From Octopus sinensis (Eukaryota), in assembly GCF_006345805.1 (NCBI RefSeq), contig NC_043013.1:30442001-30506000 (forward strand): 64,000 bases of DNA, written 5' to 3'. Within the stretch, counting starts at the first letter, position 1, and the number at the start of each line of letters is the position of its first letter. The notes below the pieces were generated by a model that had not been told where the DNA came from, searched no databases, and worked only from the letters and a program-made list of their open reading frames with translations. Both the position numbers and the translations under genes were made by a program. Shown piece after piece: positions 41,140-55,689 of this stretch.

Positions 41140-42619
41140 TATAAACACACATGTACAATCGTACATATATATATATATATATAATATATATATATAATAT
41201 ATATATATTGCTGCAGTCATAATGCAGATTGCGTGTAAGATGTCTGAGTGTATCAGTGTGATGGATGTTAAGGACTGATAAAAAAACAGTAGAAAACAAT
41301 ACAGCTATACTGCTTAAGTTGCATAAGAATTAATAAGTAACAATATACGTGATAGATTTTGTAATATATTGAATTTGACAAGAGTCATGCTGTATAGAGA
41401 ATACAGAACTTGACAGGTTTTATGTCTCTTTTTTTATTGCTTGGAACATTTACCAAGTTTGCAAACAAGGTAGATCCAGGATCCATGACTTCTTTTCTCC
41501 TATAGCATTTAATATATGACGTCAGACCGACAAAAAGTGTACAGGGGATTAGCAGACACACGCAAGGGCGCAGACATGCACACACAACCTGTATATATAT
41601 GCATTAAATAATAGCAAGATGATTGATGGCTATGCTACACGGACGTTTCTGAGCGTGGATATGCATATACACCTAAAATATGGCGTCAGACCATACATTA
41701 TTTGGTGATTGCATCTTGAGGAGAATGTAATGCGACGGCAATTTCATTTTTCAGTTTAGGTCAGGTGACTAGATTGGTAAAACAGAAGCATATCTGCACG
41801 TACAATACTTCATGCAGGGAACTAAGGGTCCTGTGTTTGAGCAATACAGTTTAACAATATTTCAATGTACACGTTTCAGTGTACCAGCCTAATGTTGGGG
41901 CAGTCTCTTTTCTCCACGGCCCTCGCATTCTTGATACTTTACTGGGAAAACGGCTGACATGGCTGAAAGTAGTTCTATACCTGTAGAAAAGTTAGGAAAA
42001 GCATGACACCGGCCGAAAGGCCATGCCTGCGATTTATTTTTTTCGGTTTCCGTATGTATACGAACTTATGAATACATACATTTATGAACTCTCTCCGATA
42101 TAATCCAGTTTGAGGGAATAAATTGCTGTAGATTCGTTTTTAAAACATTGTGCTTTCTCACATATCTGTTCTGTAACCTGTCCGTTGAAAACCCTTGTCA
42201 ATAACACCATAAAATTGCAAGAAATCATTAAATAAATGTTATGACAAATATTAAAAGATACATTGAAAAAATGCATTGAACATTTGAGGGCACGTCAACA
42301 ATTATTTATATTTATCTGTTAATTTGTATATGCAATATATTAATTTAAATTCGAAGGCATCATTTCAAACAAAATGCCCAATGACTTCCAACCTGAGATA
42401 TATAAAATATTCATTTCATAGAAAAAATATAAAACAGCCGATATTAAATTTTCGTTTCCATTTGTATATCTCAATATTAGGCGAACAATTGACTATACAA
42501 ACTGATTAAAGAAAATATGCTCTTATACAAAGATTCATTTTAAATAATGTATTAAAAACGCAGGGCGGCAAATCATCTATCATACATTATTGCTGCTATA
42601 GTTTCCTACCACAAAAGCA

Positions 42620-42925
42620 GACCCATTTGTATGGGGAATTGGCTTCCGACACGAGAACTACCGCATCTTCGGTTGAAGGACGTCTGCATGAGAGAAATGA
42701 AGTCGCTTGCTCCGGACGTCCTGATATGAAAGGAAGTCGCAAATGATGGCTCACGCTGGAGGCAAACATTGCGAGAGGAGATGAAACGAGGGGGAGACAA
42801 ACATGAACTCGCCATTACAGAAGAACGCATGTGAGGTATATGACCGAGCCAGGGCAGAATTTGACAGCAGTGGGGCCGCAGGAGTTGCCACAGCAAGGTT
42901 GCATATAGCATCGAACTGTCTTAGG
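42620..42925 (+). mobile_element. RTE-clade LINE 3' fragment
   Basis: LYGELAS...PHLRLKDVCMREMK...ANDGSRWRQ...SCHSKV. Confidence 0.85.
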
Positions 42926-43623
42926 GACGCCGGTTCCGGATTTATCCCCAAACTTTCCCCGCGAAGCCTTTCCCTTAAATGGGTAAGAGAAACGAACTTT
43001 CGGTTGGTTAAAATATGATTGCGGCATATTCTAATTTCGAAAGCCACATTCTCTGACTTTTCACTCTTATATTTTGTTTCTATCCATTATTTGTATGATT
43101 AATATATTAAATATTGTAACAAAACCAAAGTGTACGTTATACATATACCACAGTAGTAGCTACATTTACAAGTATTACATAAGCATCTCCATACCATCTT
43201 TACGGAAGCCAAGTATTAAAATTTAAAGGAAAGGCATTTAACTTACCGAAATGGAAAGACACTCTATTTACGCTGTGTCTTCATTCAGGATTGAAACTTT
43301 ATCGCTAGCTACTACATATATAAATTAATTTCCAGCGCATATTTGCGTTTGTTTGATATATTGATAATTTTGTCTGATACCATTATGAAAAATAAAAGTT
43401 GAGATATAAATCACTGTTCCAAAAGACCTGCATAATTGTACATTATTGCCTTTCATATATTTCTGTTTCTTCTTTGTTGTTCTTTGTTGTTTGAAATTCA
43501 CCACGAAATTCATAAAACTTTTTTGATATATTACCTATTACTAGTAATGTCAGTAACTTAACAAAATAAGATAATATGTAACAACAGAGTATACACACAC
43601 ACACACTCACACACACACACACA

Positions 43624-43677
<54 letters not shown>

Positions 43678-43699
43678 ATATATATATATGCGTATGCAT

Positions 43700-43745
<46 letters not shown>

Positions 43746-44270
43746 CATCGTCATCATATATAAAGCATATTACTACTTTGCTCACAGCAAATGTGCAAGC
43801 TTAGACTTGTTTTAATTTGAATCCATATAAAAAGAACATAAGGCAATACAAATGCGTAAAAGAAGATGTAGAAAACTGCAATTATCCTAGAGTAGAATAT
43901 GCCTATATTAGAAATATTTTTATAATATAGATTGATTGTGGCATATTTAGAGAAAAGGTAGAATACATACTGAGATTGACTAGAAAATTGATGAGCAAAA
44001 AGAAAATATTAATCTCTAGGGAAACTACATATTTACGTTAAAACAACAGAGAGACATATTGAAAGTTATTAATTAGGCTATTCTGCAACTTTTTGGGAAG
44101 AAACTTTTGTATCAGATTCCAGAACGTTCATTTATATACATTAATCATAGTAGGATTGCTCGGAACAGAAAATTATGCTCTCCTTTATTTCTATTAATGC
44201 CTTTACGACTCTGAGTTTTCCACGTAATTTCATACACGCATATACATACACACATACACATACATACATG

Positions 44271-44309
<39 letters not shown>

Positions 44310-44333
44310 ATATATGTATATATATACATATAC

Positions 44334-44416
<83 letters not shown>

Positions 44417-45077
44417 CCATGCATATTCTGCCCATAACGTATTTGTGTACAGTCATAGACATAATTAATATCATTGACTTGCAAACGAAAAAGAATCAGA
44501 ATATTACATTGTCTAATGCCTCCCGGTAGCCAGTCTGTCATTTCATGTCTAATAAATTATATCTTATCTCTCCTTTACACATACACATGATTACATATGC
44601 ATACACTCGAAGTGCATATATCTTATTTACATACATATACTTGTATGTATATATGTATGAATATATTCATATACATACATACATACCTACATACATATAT
44701 ACTCACGAATGTAAAATGAAAATGGATCTATATCGGATGCAACGGTAGTTTTTTTTTTCATATAGGTGTGCATTGTAAATGCAATTCCCCGCAGAAGAAT
44801 TGACAGGACTCATCGTCCGGATTACTGGTTCAAAACGCGTAACATACCTCAAGATTGTAGAACATTACGGAAAACCATGTGTCATAATTCACGGGAACAC
44901 TGTGTAAAAGTATATTATTGTTTATAATAAAGGCGCTATTTAAGAGTTTCGCATCGATAGCTGTATGATACTTTAGTAAAAATTTGGAGTAGTGAGTGTT
45001 TCTACAAAATTGTATATTTAATAAATAAAATTATATCCATCCGTCTGCCATTATATATTTTAACTGTCGTACTTATT

Positions 45078-45165
45078 ATATTGGTCTCGAAACACTAAGT
45101 TACGTGGACGTAAACACGCCAACGCCAGTTGTCAAGCGGTGGTGCGAGGAAACCCAGACACAGTC
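45078..45165 (-). mobile_element. Decayed SINE family B fragment
   Basis: CTAAGTTACG.GGACGTAAACAC...GTTGTCAAGC. Confidence 0.65.
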
Positions 45166-45325
45166 TCAAAAGTACATACGCGCAAAAGACTCTCTCTCAC
45201 GCAAACACACAGTAACACCCACACCCCCCGACATATATGCTGCGTGTTTGTGTTTTCTTTTGTATCTGCCTTTGTTCTTCACGGCCTCTTGACAACCAAA
45301 AAGAGCGATAAATTAAGTAACGCAT

Positions 45326-45435
45326 TTCTATATTTAAGAGATGAGGAATTATGTACATTATTTACATTTGACGGATATGTCCTCACCTTCTTTGTTTCTT
45401 GGGGAAATTTCGAACCTGGGTTCTCATTCCTAAGG
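45326..45435 (-). mobile_element. Family H1 repeat with the hammerhead deleted
   Basis: Matches flanks of 48198-48332 and 55113-55246. Confidence 0.75.
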
Positions 45436-45480
45436 TTGTTGTTGTTTTTATTATTATTATAATTATTATTATTATTATTC

Positions 45481-45694
45481 CGAATTCGGAATCTTAGGTT
45501 TAGTAGCCCGCGCTCTTAACCACTACACCATATGCCCATGGGCAATTATGGAGTAATTTTAGGGTTTATAAATCTAATATTTTCCTATCCTTCTCTAAAA
45601 CCGGTTCCCATAAAGAAGGATAGGAAAGTATCAGATTTATAAGCCCTAAAATTCACGGGTATATGGTGTAGTGGTTGAGAAGGCAGGCTACCAA
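45481..45694. repeat. Inverted repeat containing tRNA-like heads in both arms
   Basis: Arms about 45500-45594 and 45614-45694; GGGYATATGGTGTAGTGGTT A-box. Confidence 0.85.
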
Positions 45695-45790
45695 CGTGCG
45701 ACGTGAATAATAATAATAATAATAATATAATAATAATATATAATAATAATAATATAATAATAATATAATAATAATAATGATAATAATATG

Positions 45791-45822
<32 letters not shown>

Positions 45823-45856
45823 TAATAATAATATATAATAATAATAATAATAATAA

Positions 45857-46826
45857 ACATGAAGAAGAAGAAGATGAAGAAACAACAAAAGCTATAAAAC
45901 AAATGAAATCCAAACTAAAAATAGAACAGCAACGAACCATGATAAAACGATGGCAAGAAAATCCCCTTCATGTTAAATACTGGCCTAAACTAAACGCAAA
46001 AGAAATAGACAAAGAAAAATCCCAGCAATGGTTGAGAAGCTCAGGACTCAAAGCAGAAACAGAGGGGTTTTTAAAACAGGGGATTTTTAATTGCAGCACA
46101 AGACCAAAGCCTCCCCACCAGAAATTACCAAAAACATGTAATGAAAAGAAATATTACAAGTAACTGCAGAATATGTGGAGATGGACAAGAAACAATAAAT
46201 CATATTATCTCTAGCTGCCCAGTCCTGGCTAAGAAGGAATATATTCACAGACATGACAGAGTTGGAACCTACATACATTGGAAGCTATGCCAACATTATG
46301 GAATAACAACAGAAAAAAGATGGTATAGGCACACACCAGAAAAGGTCACAGAAAACGAGAAAGCAACCATACTCTGGGATATGCCGATACACACAGATAG
46401 AGAAATTAAGGCCAACAGACCAGATATAGTTGTCAGAGATCATGAAGAAAAAAATGCTTTCTAATTGATGTATCAATACCGGCTGATGACAACGTGTCTC
46501 TAAAAGAAATGGAGAAACTCTCAAAATACAAAGACCTGGAAATAGAGGTAACTAGAATGTGGAATCTGAAAACAGAAACAATTCCTATCATAGTAGGTGC
46601 ATTAGGCATGATAAAAAAATATTCAGACAAATACATAACAAAAACACCAGGACTTACAAACACATATAACATACAGAAAATTGCACTACTAGGCACTGCA
46701 CACATCCTACGCAGAACACTTTCCATACAATAACCATCAGAGCATCACAACAAATCACAGCACATACCCAAGGCACCAGAGATGTGCTCGGTAGTGAAGT
46801 GAAAGCACGCTATAAAAATAAAACTT

Positions 46827-46830
<4 letters not shown>
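45857..46830 (+). mobile_element. 5'-truncated R4/Dong-type element, CCHC + RLE + 3' UTR, two frameshifts
   Basis: WLRSSGLKAETEG, CRICGDGQETINHIISSC, RHD, LWD..TDR..ANRPD, IPIIVGALG; (TAA)n on both sides. Confidence 0.95.
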
Positions 46831-46890
<60 letters not shown>

Positions 46891-46910
46891 TAATAATAAT
46901 AATGATGATG

Positions 46911-46980
<70 letters not shown>
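46831..46980. repeat. (TAA)n array between two elements
   Basis: Direct inspection. Confidence 0.97.
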
Positions 46981-46983
<3 letters not shown>

Positions 46984-48106
46984 TATCTCGAAATATCGAA
47001 TGACTGGATGCTAAAGCTCGTGGAAAATCACGAGAGACGAAAGAAGCTTCATTCTATTATAAAGGAAAGCAAAAAATTTGCTATTGATCTCGTGCAGGAT
47101 ACCCAAACTGAACAACCCGAGGGAAGTACGGCAACTATTGTTGCAAAGAAGGTGAAAATGATGGCAATGAAAAAAGCGCACGAGCAATTGGCTGATAGGT
47201 GGGGGGAGAAACCTCTGCACGGCAAATATGTGACCCGCAGCAAACAAGCTGATGTTGACCAGAAGCAAACCCATCAGTGGCTACGGAGCGCAGAGAGCGA
47301 AGGTTTCATCCTGGCTGCTCAAGATCAAAGCCTATTAACCCGGAACTACCAGGCCAATGTGATGAAAAATGGAGCAGACCCAAAATGCCGATTCTGCAAC
47401 GACATGATTGATACAGTGGACCACCTAATCTCTGGATGTAAAGTCTTAGCACCGGTGGAGTATAAATTAAGACATGACATAGTTGGCCAATATCTACACT
47501 GGCATTACAATATCAAAACTGCCGACAAGTGGTATAATCACCACCCTGAGGCTGTAACTGAAGAAGATAATGTAACCATTCTGTGGGACTTTCCAGTACA
47601 TACAGACCGAACCATCAAGGCCAATAAACCAGATATTGTTGTGAAAGACCAAAACAATAAAATTTGCTTATTGATCGACATGAGCATCCCCTGTGATCAT
47701 AATATTTCAGCGAAAGAGTTTGACAAGCTCAGAAAATATAAAGACCTACTCATTGAAATTGAGAAAATGTGGCATCTCAAGGCGGTTACAATACCAGTGA
47801 TCGTAGGAGCACTAGGAATGATCAAGAAGGGAACCGAAAATTATATGAGAATGATCCCTGGCTTACCATCCCTGCAAGAAGTGCAAAAGATTGTCTTAAC
47901 TGGTACATCACACGTATTGAGAAGAGCATTGTCGATGTGAGAACTGTTGCTGCTCATGTATTTTAATTTAACTTAAAAAAAAAAAAATGAACGAACTATT
48001 GAGTTTGGTTTAATGGCCTACCAATGTATACTATGAGTTTCTTTGCCCTAGGAGTCGGGAAGACACTCGGCAAGAAATGGAAGCAAATTTGAAAGAAGAA
48101 AAAAAA

Positions 48107-48107
<1 letters not shown>
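46981..48107 (+). mobile_element. 5'-truncated R4/Dong-type element, second family; open frame 47008-47940
   Basis: KPLHGKY, ILAAQDQ, CRFC..TVDHLISGC, RHD, ANKPD..LID..K..KY, VGALG; 3' UTR ends in (TAA)n. Confidence 0.96.
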
Positions 48108-48177
<70 letters not shown>

Positions 48178-48234
48178 TATAATAATATCGAATAAAACCT
48201 TATGAATTAGAACCCATGTTCGAAATTTCCTCAA

Positions 48235-48280
48235 GACACCTGATGAAGGGTGGAGGGTATATCAGCCGAAATGTCGTGTT
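48235..48280 (+). ncRNA. Minimal type-I hammerhead ribozyme (family H1) within repeat 48198-48332
   Basis: GACAC-CUGAUGA-A-GGgUG...CAGCC-GAAA-UG-UC-GUGUU. Confidence 0.78.
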
Positions 48281-50489
48281 AACAACAAACAAGATGAGGA
48301 CAAATATCCTCCAAATGTAAATAATGTAAATAAGTAACGGTCTTCACAAAAAATAATAAAAAAACTTTGGGACTACAATACTTCAACTCAAGATCCCCAG
48401 TATAACCGAGGTCTAGCGAATGAAATGAGTGGACGATTAAATGGTAACACACGCACACAGACATACACAGACACAGACACATACACACCCCCACACACAC
48501 AATTACATGTTGTATGTGTGTATATGTGCATGTGTGTGTGTGTGTCTGTGTGTAAGAGCATGCGTATAAGTACGGTAGTATTGTGTGCGTGCGTAATTCT
48601 GTGAATATCATACAGAAATTTTGGAAGATACTCCCGAAAGTTTGTGCTTAGTTATGTGTAAATCCTATTGATTTCTATTTTGTCGGTGATTTACAATTAC
48701 ACATAATTGGTTCATATGAATATATAGAATAATATATTAGCCAAAAGAATATGCATCTATAACGGAATTATTCTAATTTATATTTATCTCCTGCCCATAA
48801 GAATATTGACCCAAATGATATTTCGCCGTATATAGCGAATTTTATTACCGTCAGTATTTCCTGCATTTAAATCTATCATTCAATATCTCACAAGCGCACA
48901 TGCACAAACAAACACACGCGCACACACATATACTGAGAGAATCAGAAGCGAAAAGAAGAAAGCGAGTGAAATGGAGAGAGCGTGAATGGGAGAAATAATT
49001 ACCGGAAAATTAATTATGTCTCATGTCGGTAAACTTTTCAAATCATGCCGGTTCATGTAGTTTTATGTCAGAGTTTAATATGTGCGTATTTCTTCAATTG
49101 TTTAATTGTATTTTTACTGTGTTCATAAATCAATTTATTTTTCTTTTGTCTATAATATTTTGCACTCAAACATGAATTAAGTTTAATACACTTTTATACA
49201 CTAGGAGATTGTTTTGTCAATGTACTCCTAAGAATTCAAATTTATAATTCATTTTTTATAACGGAACATTTAATATTAATTTTCCTACTGAATATTTGTT
49301 TAGAGTATCACAAAAAGAAAACAGATATACTTTTATCAAATATTCTAAGTATGTTTTACATTTAAAATTCATTTATGTGTATATTTGTTGAATTTAGTGT
49401 TGTTTGTATGGAGGAAATCTGCGTTAATACATTGTACCTTAATTATATTCACCTTGTGGTATACAATTTTCCATTCTACGGTCATCCCAGAGTTCTTAAG
49501 TTAGAAAGCAAGCATGAATGGTATACATTATCACATGAATACAAAGGATTGCTTTTGTAGATATGTGCACTGTCCTTTAATCCCCCGTTTATAAAAAGAA
49601 ATTTGGAACATTTTGGTTGAGAAATTCAATGAGCTTTACCAAAAGTTTATTTAGTATGTTTTCAATAAAGGTCTAATTAACAAAAATATTGCAATTGTAG
49701 AGCATTCCTGTGTGACGTTTTCACTTTCTAGTCATCATGATTTTAAAAAATGTCCACATGTGTTACTGCTTGTATATAATGTTAGTTCGTGTATAATATT
49801 CTATGGTTTTTGGTTTTGCATTTTGCCTAGCATGATAATTTCATAACGATTTTGTAGCTTGGATTACAGAACAACTGTACGTTGTTTGTATGTTTAATAT
49901 AGCCTCTATTTTATAGATTTTACGTATCAAGGTCAAACAATATAACAAACATGATATGGCATAAAAATAAAAAAAAACTTGACTGTATTCAACAATGAAG
50001 TGCATGGCTCAAGCAATCGGAGATAGAAGATCCCCAGTGCTGTGATAATCGAGGCGAAATACAATACAGGTCATATACTTGCGGTGTTCTTTCGCGAACA
50101 ACACAGCCTGCACTACCTGATATAGTTATAGCAATTTTGCACTCAAGATTGTAAGTTTGTGAAATTGGACTTGAAATATGCCTGGATTTTCAGAAAATTT
50201 CAATATGGTCAACATACAAAATTTGCTGAGCCATTATATAAACCTATTTCATTGATTGCAAGGAAGAAAAATAAAAAACAAGTATCATGACATAAGTGAA
50301 AATTTTAGTAAAAAATATTAGTGGCCAGTAGAATTACTGCTTATAAGAATTGTGAAAATTTACTCACCTGCCTTTCCCTATCAAGCAATAAGTATCTAGG
50401 TTGCTATCGTCCAAACGGCTATGGTGAGCGAAAATCATATATGATCTTTTGTTAGCCTTTCAGTTCTTTTACGTGTAAGATCTATTTTG

Positions 50490-51115
50490 CGTGTTTTTAT
50501 AGGAGAAAACTGATATATGAAATATATCATGAATAAATGGCAAACAATGTTACTGCTCCAGACAAAACAAAGACTCATAAAAATCAAAGCTACGCCCATT
50601 AGAAGAGACAAATTCCAGGGGAACACGCTATCTCCACTCCTTTTCTGCTTGGGTCTGACACCTTTATCTGACAAGCTAAGCAGGACTGGATGTGGATACG
50701 ATTTTCACGGTAAAGTAACCAACCATCCTTTGTATATGATGCAAATGACAAACAGCTGGAAACATTCTAACTGACAGTGAATGGATTTACCAGGAAAAAA
50801 AAATAGCATGAGATTTGGCTTATAAAAATGTGTCAAAGTAACCTTGAAAAGGGGAAAAATAGTTAAGAGTGACATTGTTACATTTAGAAAGAAGCAAATG
50901 AAATAAGAGAATTAGACCAAAACCAAGCATACAAACACTTAGACATTACCAAACTAAATACGATGCAACACACGCAAATAAAAGAGAAGATAAGAAAGGA
51001 ATACTATAGACGAGTTAAATAGTATTGAAAACAGAGCGCAGTGCGAAAATCAATAAAATAGGTATCAACACTAGCCATCCCAGTTATACGTTACGGCTAC
51101 AATATTATTAACTAG
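50490..51115 (+). mobile_element. R4/Dong-type RT fragment
   Basis: IRRDKFQGNTLSPLLFCLGLTPLS, NHPLYM(DD), MRFGL*KC, YKHL, PVIRY.YNIIN. Confidence 0.9.
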
Positions 51116-51741
51116 ATGCTAAAAGTTAGATACATTATTTCCTAAATTACTTTCCTTAATATTATACACCTTTTAAAATGCTAATGCACTTTACACACGA
51201 CCATCACATATTACACACTGAAATATCGTAAAATAAATTGAAACCCAGTTACTCTAGTCTGTTGAGTGCTAATATTAACTCTGTGACGTGATATCAAATT
51301 AGTATAACTAAAAAAGTAATTCATGTCAAAATTGGATCTTAAGTACTTGATAGATTTACGCCAGACCACCCACGCAACTTTACGCACACACACATGCATG
51401 CGCAAATATACACGCGCGCTCGCGGACACGGTCACACGTATATACGGATATATAAACACGCACAGCCAAAAGAAGATCACTAATCCAGCAAAATAATACA
51501 TCGAGTGATAAATGTATTCTCGGTAATCCCGTAACTATTTCAAGTAGTATATAGGTAATCTCTCTGTTCTCGATGATTCAGTAGTCCGTGCATAGAATTA
51601 GAGCGATGCCACTTGTCAGATATGAATTGCATCAAATAATTTCGTATAGTTACATCCATTGATACATTTGAGTGCCGAATATATATGGTGTCGGACTCAT
51701 TCTTTATAAACTGCCGATGTGAGTGTGTATGTATATATATA

Positions 51742-52028
51742 TATCACGTTATCACGTGACCGACCAGACCATCAGATGTTGTTACACATCGCTGGTCACA
51801 ATGCATTGTTTTAGCCTTTGAATGACGCCACCCCGCTGGCTAAGCGTGCAGGTCAACAGAAGAAAGAGTGGTGAAAGAGTACAGCAGGGATCACCCCCAC
51901 CTGCCGGAGCGCCGTGGAGCTTTTAGGCGTTTTTGCTCAATAAACACTCACAAAGCCCAATCTGGGAATCGAAACCGCGATCCTACGACCGCGAGTCCGC
52001 TGCCCTAACCACTGTGGGCCATTGCGCC

Positions 52029-52033
<5 letters not shown>
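51742..52033 (-). mobile_element. tRNA-derived SINE family C, full length
   Basis: GTGGAGGCGCAATGGCCCA.GTGGTTAGGGCAGCGGACTCGCGG...GGTTTCGATTCCC head; TCACGTGATA tail. Confidence 0.92.
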
Positions 52034-52101
<68 letters not shown>

Positions 52102-52469
52102 AAATGTACAATAAAGTACGTGTAAATACATATGTGTATACTCATTGGAAGGAAGTTTTCTTATATGTCTTTGATAAGCAATAAATCATACCTGTTCAGT
52201 TTATTTACCAACTCATTCTGCGTGGGAAATTGAACGTCTAGACACTCTGATGAATTATGTAATAACTTTATTGTTATAAAATAACTACAACGGATATTTA
52301 GTAAAATATGAAATGAAAATTGATACATTTAGTACATCTTTGTGATTGCAATATGCTCCTGTGTGCGCGCCTGTATCTATGTATCTATGTATTTATGTAT
52401 GTATGTATGTATGCCTCTATGTATGTAATCATGTGTGTGCGTATCTTTGTATATATAGAATCGAATATG

Positions 52470-52528
<59 letters not shown>

Positions 52529-53789
52529 CATGTATATGATATTTCATATCAAAATGTTTAAGGCAATTTCTCACATTTATGTAATGAGTGTAATATAGTA
52601 ATTAAACTCGCACAGTATCTTACTGACATATTACACTTAGATTATTGACGCTGGAAAGATAAAAGGCTAATTTCCCAACAGCTAAATTGGAATTCTGAAC
52701 GTTAAGGAAAGGAAAGAAATAGTTTTTCACACCCATCCACCTTCGCATCTTTCAATACAATAATAGAATAAGTGAACCAACAAAGAAATGTCTACACACT
52801 GTGTAAGGTACCAGATATAATAACTAAATCGCCCGCATAATGTATATGATAGTTTGTAAAAAGAACTATTTTGAAAGCGTAATACATCATGAAGAGAGTA
52901 TCGTTAAGCCTTGCAACCACCTTCTATTGAGAAAAGCAAGATCGGCATACTTCAGGCTAGATAATCCACGTGATTACTGAGAATAAAAGAAATACTAAAT
53001 AATTCTTTTTGCAAAGCACAACCTACATTGGGAAGCTCAGGACGCACCGGATAACTGAAACCTAGAGACATTACAATGGAAAAATATGACTGAATGTGTA
53101 ATAATGGCTCGTTTTCTTGACTTAGACCGTATCAAGACAATTACCACGCCCTAGGTCAATTAGCCCCTTAGTTAATTCCCCCCTCTCCAATATATTAAGA
53201 AGTTTATATATTTATCTATTGTACTCAGTTATAATTGTCCAGGTGGTGGGGGTTAATGTCCAGGCGGTGGGGTTGAATGTCTTAAATTCATCTGAGACAT
53301 ATATATGCATTCCAAAATATATAGTTTAAAACGTAATCAGACTGGTGTCATTTGCAGCGTGCTAACCAAAATATGTTGACAATACATTAATGCAGGGATA
53401 TTGATTCATTACATGTAGTTGTCCACAACGCCTCAAATTTAAGCAGAAATCAGAAATATATATAAGCAACAACTAGGGATAAGAATAGCCTTTTGCAAAA
53501 CATAGTCGTCTATTACATCGAATACGAATGTTAAGAAACAAATTTGTGCACTCGTGGAAATCAGACACGAGAGTTTGGAATAAAATGTAATTTAGAAAAG
53601 TATAACCTATGCCCATATGGGTGAAAAATTGAAAATATAAATTATAATCGTCATTAACGTAAAATATCAAAGTATTTAGGAAGAGGACAACATTGCGTTG
53701 CACTGAAAAGTCGCCAATAACAGGCAAAAGAAAACAAAAGGGAGGCTAATGAACTCAAATTACCTGCAAGTGAGGAAAATTTCTAAATT

Positions 53790-54400
53790 TTATCACATTT
53801 TAAGGTACATAATAGAAGATAGGTCTCTATACAATAATACTACATATATTACAGACAGATTAATGAACATTTTAGAATTTTACCCACAGATGGTAAATAC
53901 TAAGAGATACTTGTTGGATAAATTATACGGTCAGTGATGGGGACCAGCATAAATCCTCTTTGTTAACCAGTTTTACAGATCAGCAATACAAGTATCGGTG
54001 AAACACCAGCGGAAAGAAAAGTATAGAAGCATCCTATGTCGCAAGAATCAAATATAACAATGTATGAAATAAAACATCAACTAATATTTGTGAGCTATAC
54101 AATATACAGTTCGTGAGAGTGTAGAAGTACCTAAAATGACAACAAATATACAATTATAGAACGGCATGTAATTGCAGACGATATGCAGATATCCAATGAA
54201 TTGGCAAGTGGTAATTAGTAAACAAGAGAGGAATGGATCACATATCTTCAAATAAGCAGAGAACAGAGGAATAAGTCGCCAAATGATAAGCGATAAATAG
54301 ACCTCTCTCGTAGTACTAAATTACACAAACCGGATTTTGACTATGCATTTGGCAAGCGAATGTATAAGAATAACCGTATATGCCAAGCTAAAACAAGTGA
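53790..54400 (+). mobile_element. Very old L1-clade RT remnant
   Basis: HILRYIIE..LMNILEF, IADDM, ELASGN*VNK. Confidence 0.5.
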
Positions 54401-55002
54401 TATTTAAAAAACACACAATATGATTAAATTAACATCTAGGAAAAGAAACTACAAAACTGTCTGACGTAAAGTGATAGCACCCAGATGAAAAGAAATATAT
54501 ATAAATAAAAAGAAATGACAACTCGGTAAAATTAAAGCAACTGGCCACCACTCAAGACAAAATAAATAAATGCGACAAACTTTGATAGTGTCTCATGATG
54601 ATGCTTATGAGGTATCTAAATATCTATTTACAAATGAAAAAAAGATAAGCCGATTATATAAGAAGGAAATAAAAATCATATGAAGCTATGTTATGATAAA
54701 ATAAACCAGTTTATATTATCAGTAAGATTTAAACGGTACGAAGATCGAACAGTTTAATGCTGACTTCCTATAGGTATGTACGTATTTGCCTATGTGTTTA
54801 TGACTATGTATGTAGGTACGCATGTTAGTACGTATGTATGCATGTATGTATGTATATATGTATGTATGTTAGTACGTACGTATGAATGTATGTATGCATG
54901 CATGCATTTCTGCAAGTATGTATGTATGTATATATGTATGTATGCACGTACGTATGTATGTATGTATATATGTATGTATGCACGTACGTATGTATGTATG
55001 TA

Positions 55003-55246
55003 TATTATGTACATTATTTACAATAGAACGTATTTTTGTCCTCATCTTGTTTGTTGTTAACACAACGTTTTATCGTCCAGCCTTCTTCAGGTGTCTTGGG
55101 AAACTTCGAACTCGAGACACCTGAAAGGCTGGATACTATATCAGCCGAAACGTTGTATTAACAACAAACGAGATGAGGACAAATATCGTCGAATATAAAC
55201 AATGTAAATAATGTACATAATAACCCATCTCTTAAGTATAGAACTG
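55003..55246. mobile_element. Inverted pair of family H1 repeats, both hammerheads damaged
   Basis: Arms 55003-55098 and 55113-55222; each homologous to 48231-48332. Confidence 0.9.
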
Positions 55247-55689
55247 AATGTATATATCTATGTATGAATGTATGTGTGTTTGTATGTATGTATACTATGA
55301 TAATACGACTGGTCGATGTTAAGCAACGGCACTCGTCTTAGAAACACACACGAATAATATTGCGATGCTGCATTTTCATGCGAGAATAGAAAGAGAAGAA
55401 TCTCTCACACAGACATAGACACTCCCCACACATAAACACATACACACACTAATGTATAACAATACAATTGAAGTATATACGAATATATGCAAATATATGA
55501 TAATGTATGAGTGTGTGTGTGTGTACAGATAATTAAGTATTGGAATCTTATATCCATAGCATTCTGTCTAAATAATTAATCTACAAGTGCAATATCCCTG
55601 CATATCTCACATCTATTTTCATTCCTCCAATTCACTCTCTATTTCGTATCTTATCTAAATTAACTATTGCTTAACCATTTTCTCACACC

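Noticed and set aside
42001-42030. GGCC-GAAA-GGCC GNRA hairpin
   Set aside because: Isolated; no ribozyme core or second copy seen
47008-47940. Host protein-coding gene
   Set aside because: It is the truncated C-terminus of a retrotransposon ORF with no RT
51960-52033. Functional tRNA gene
   Set aside because: SINE head continuing into a repeat body; no proper acceptor stem or terminator
52244-52290. CTGATGA followed by an AT-rich hairpin
   Set aside because: No GAAA..UH
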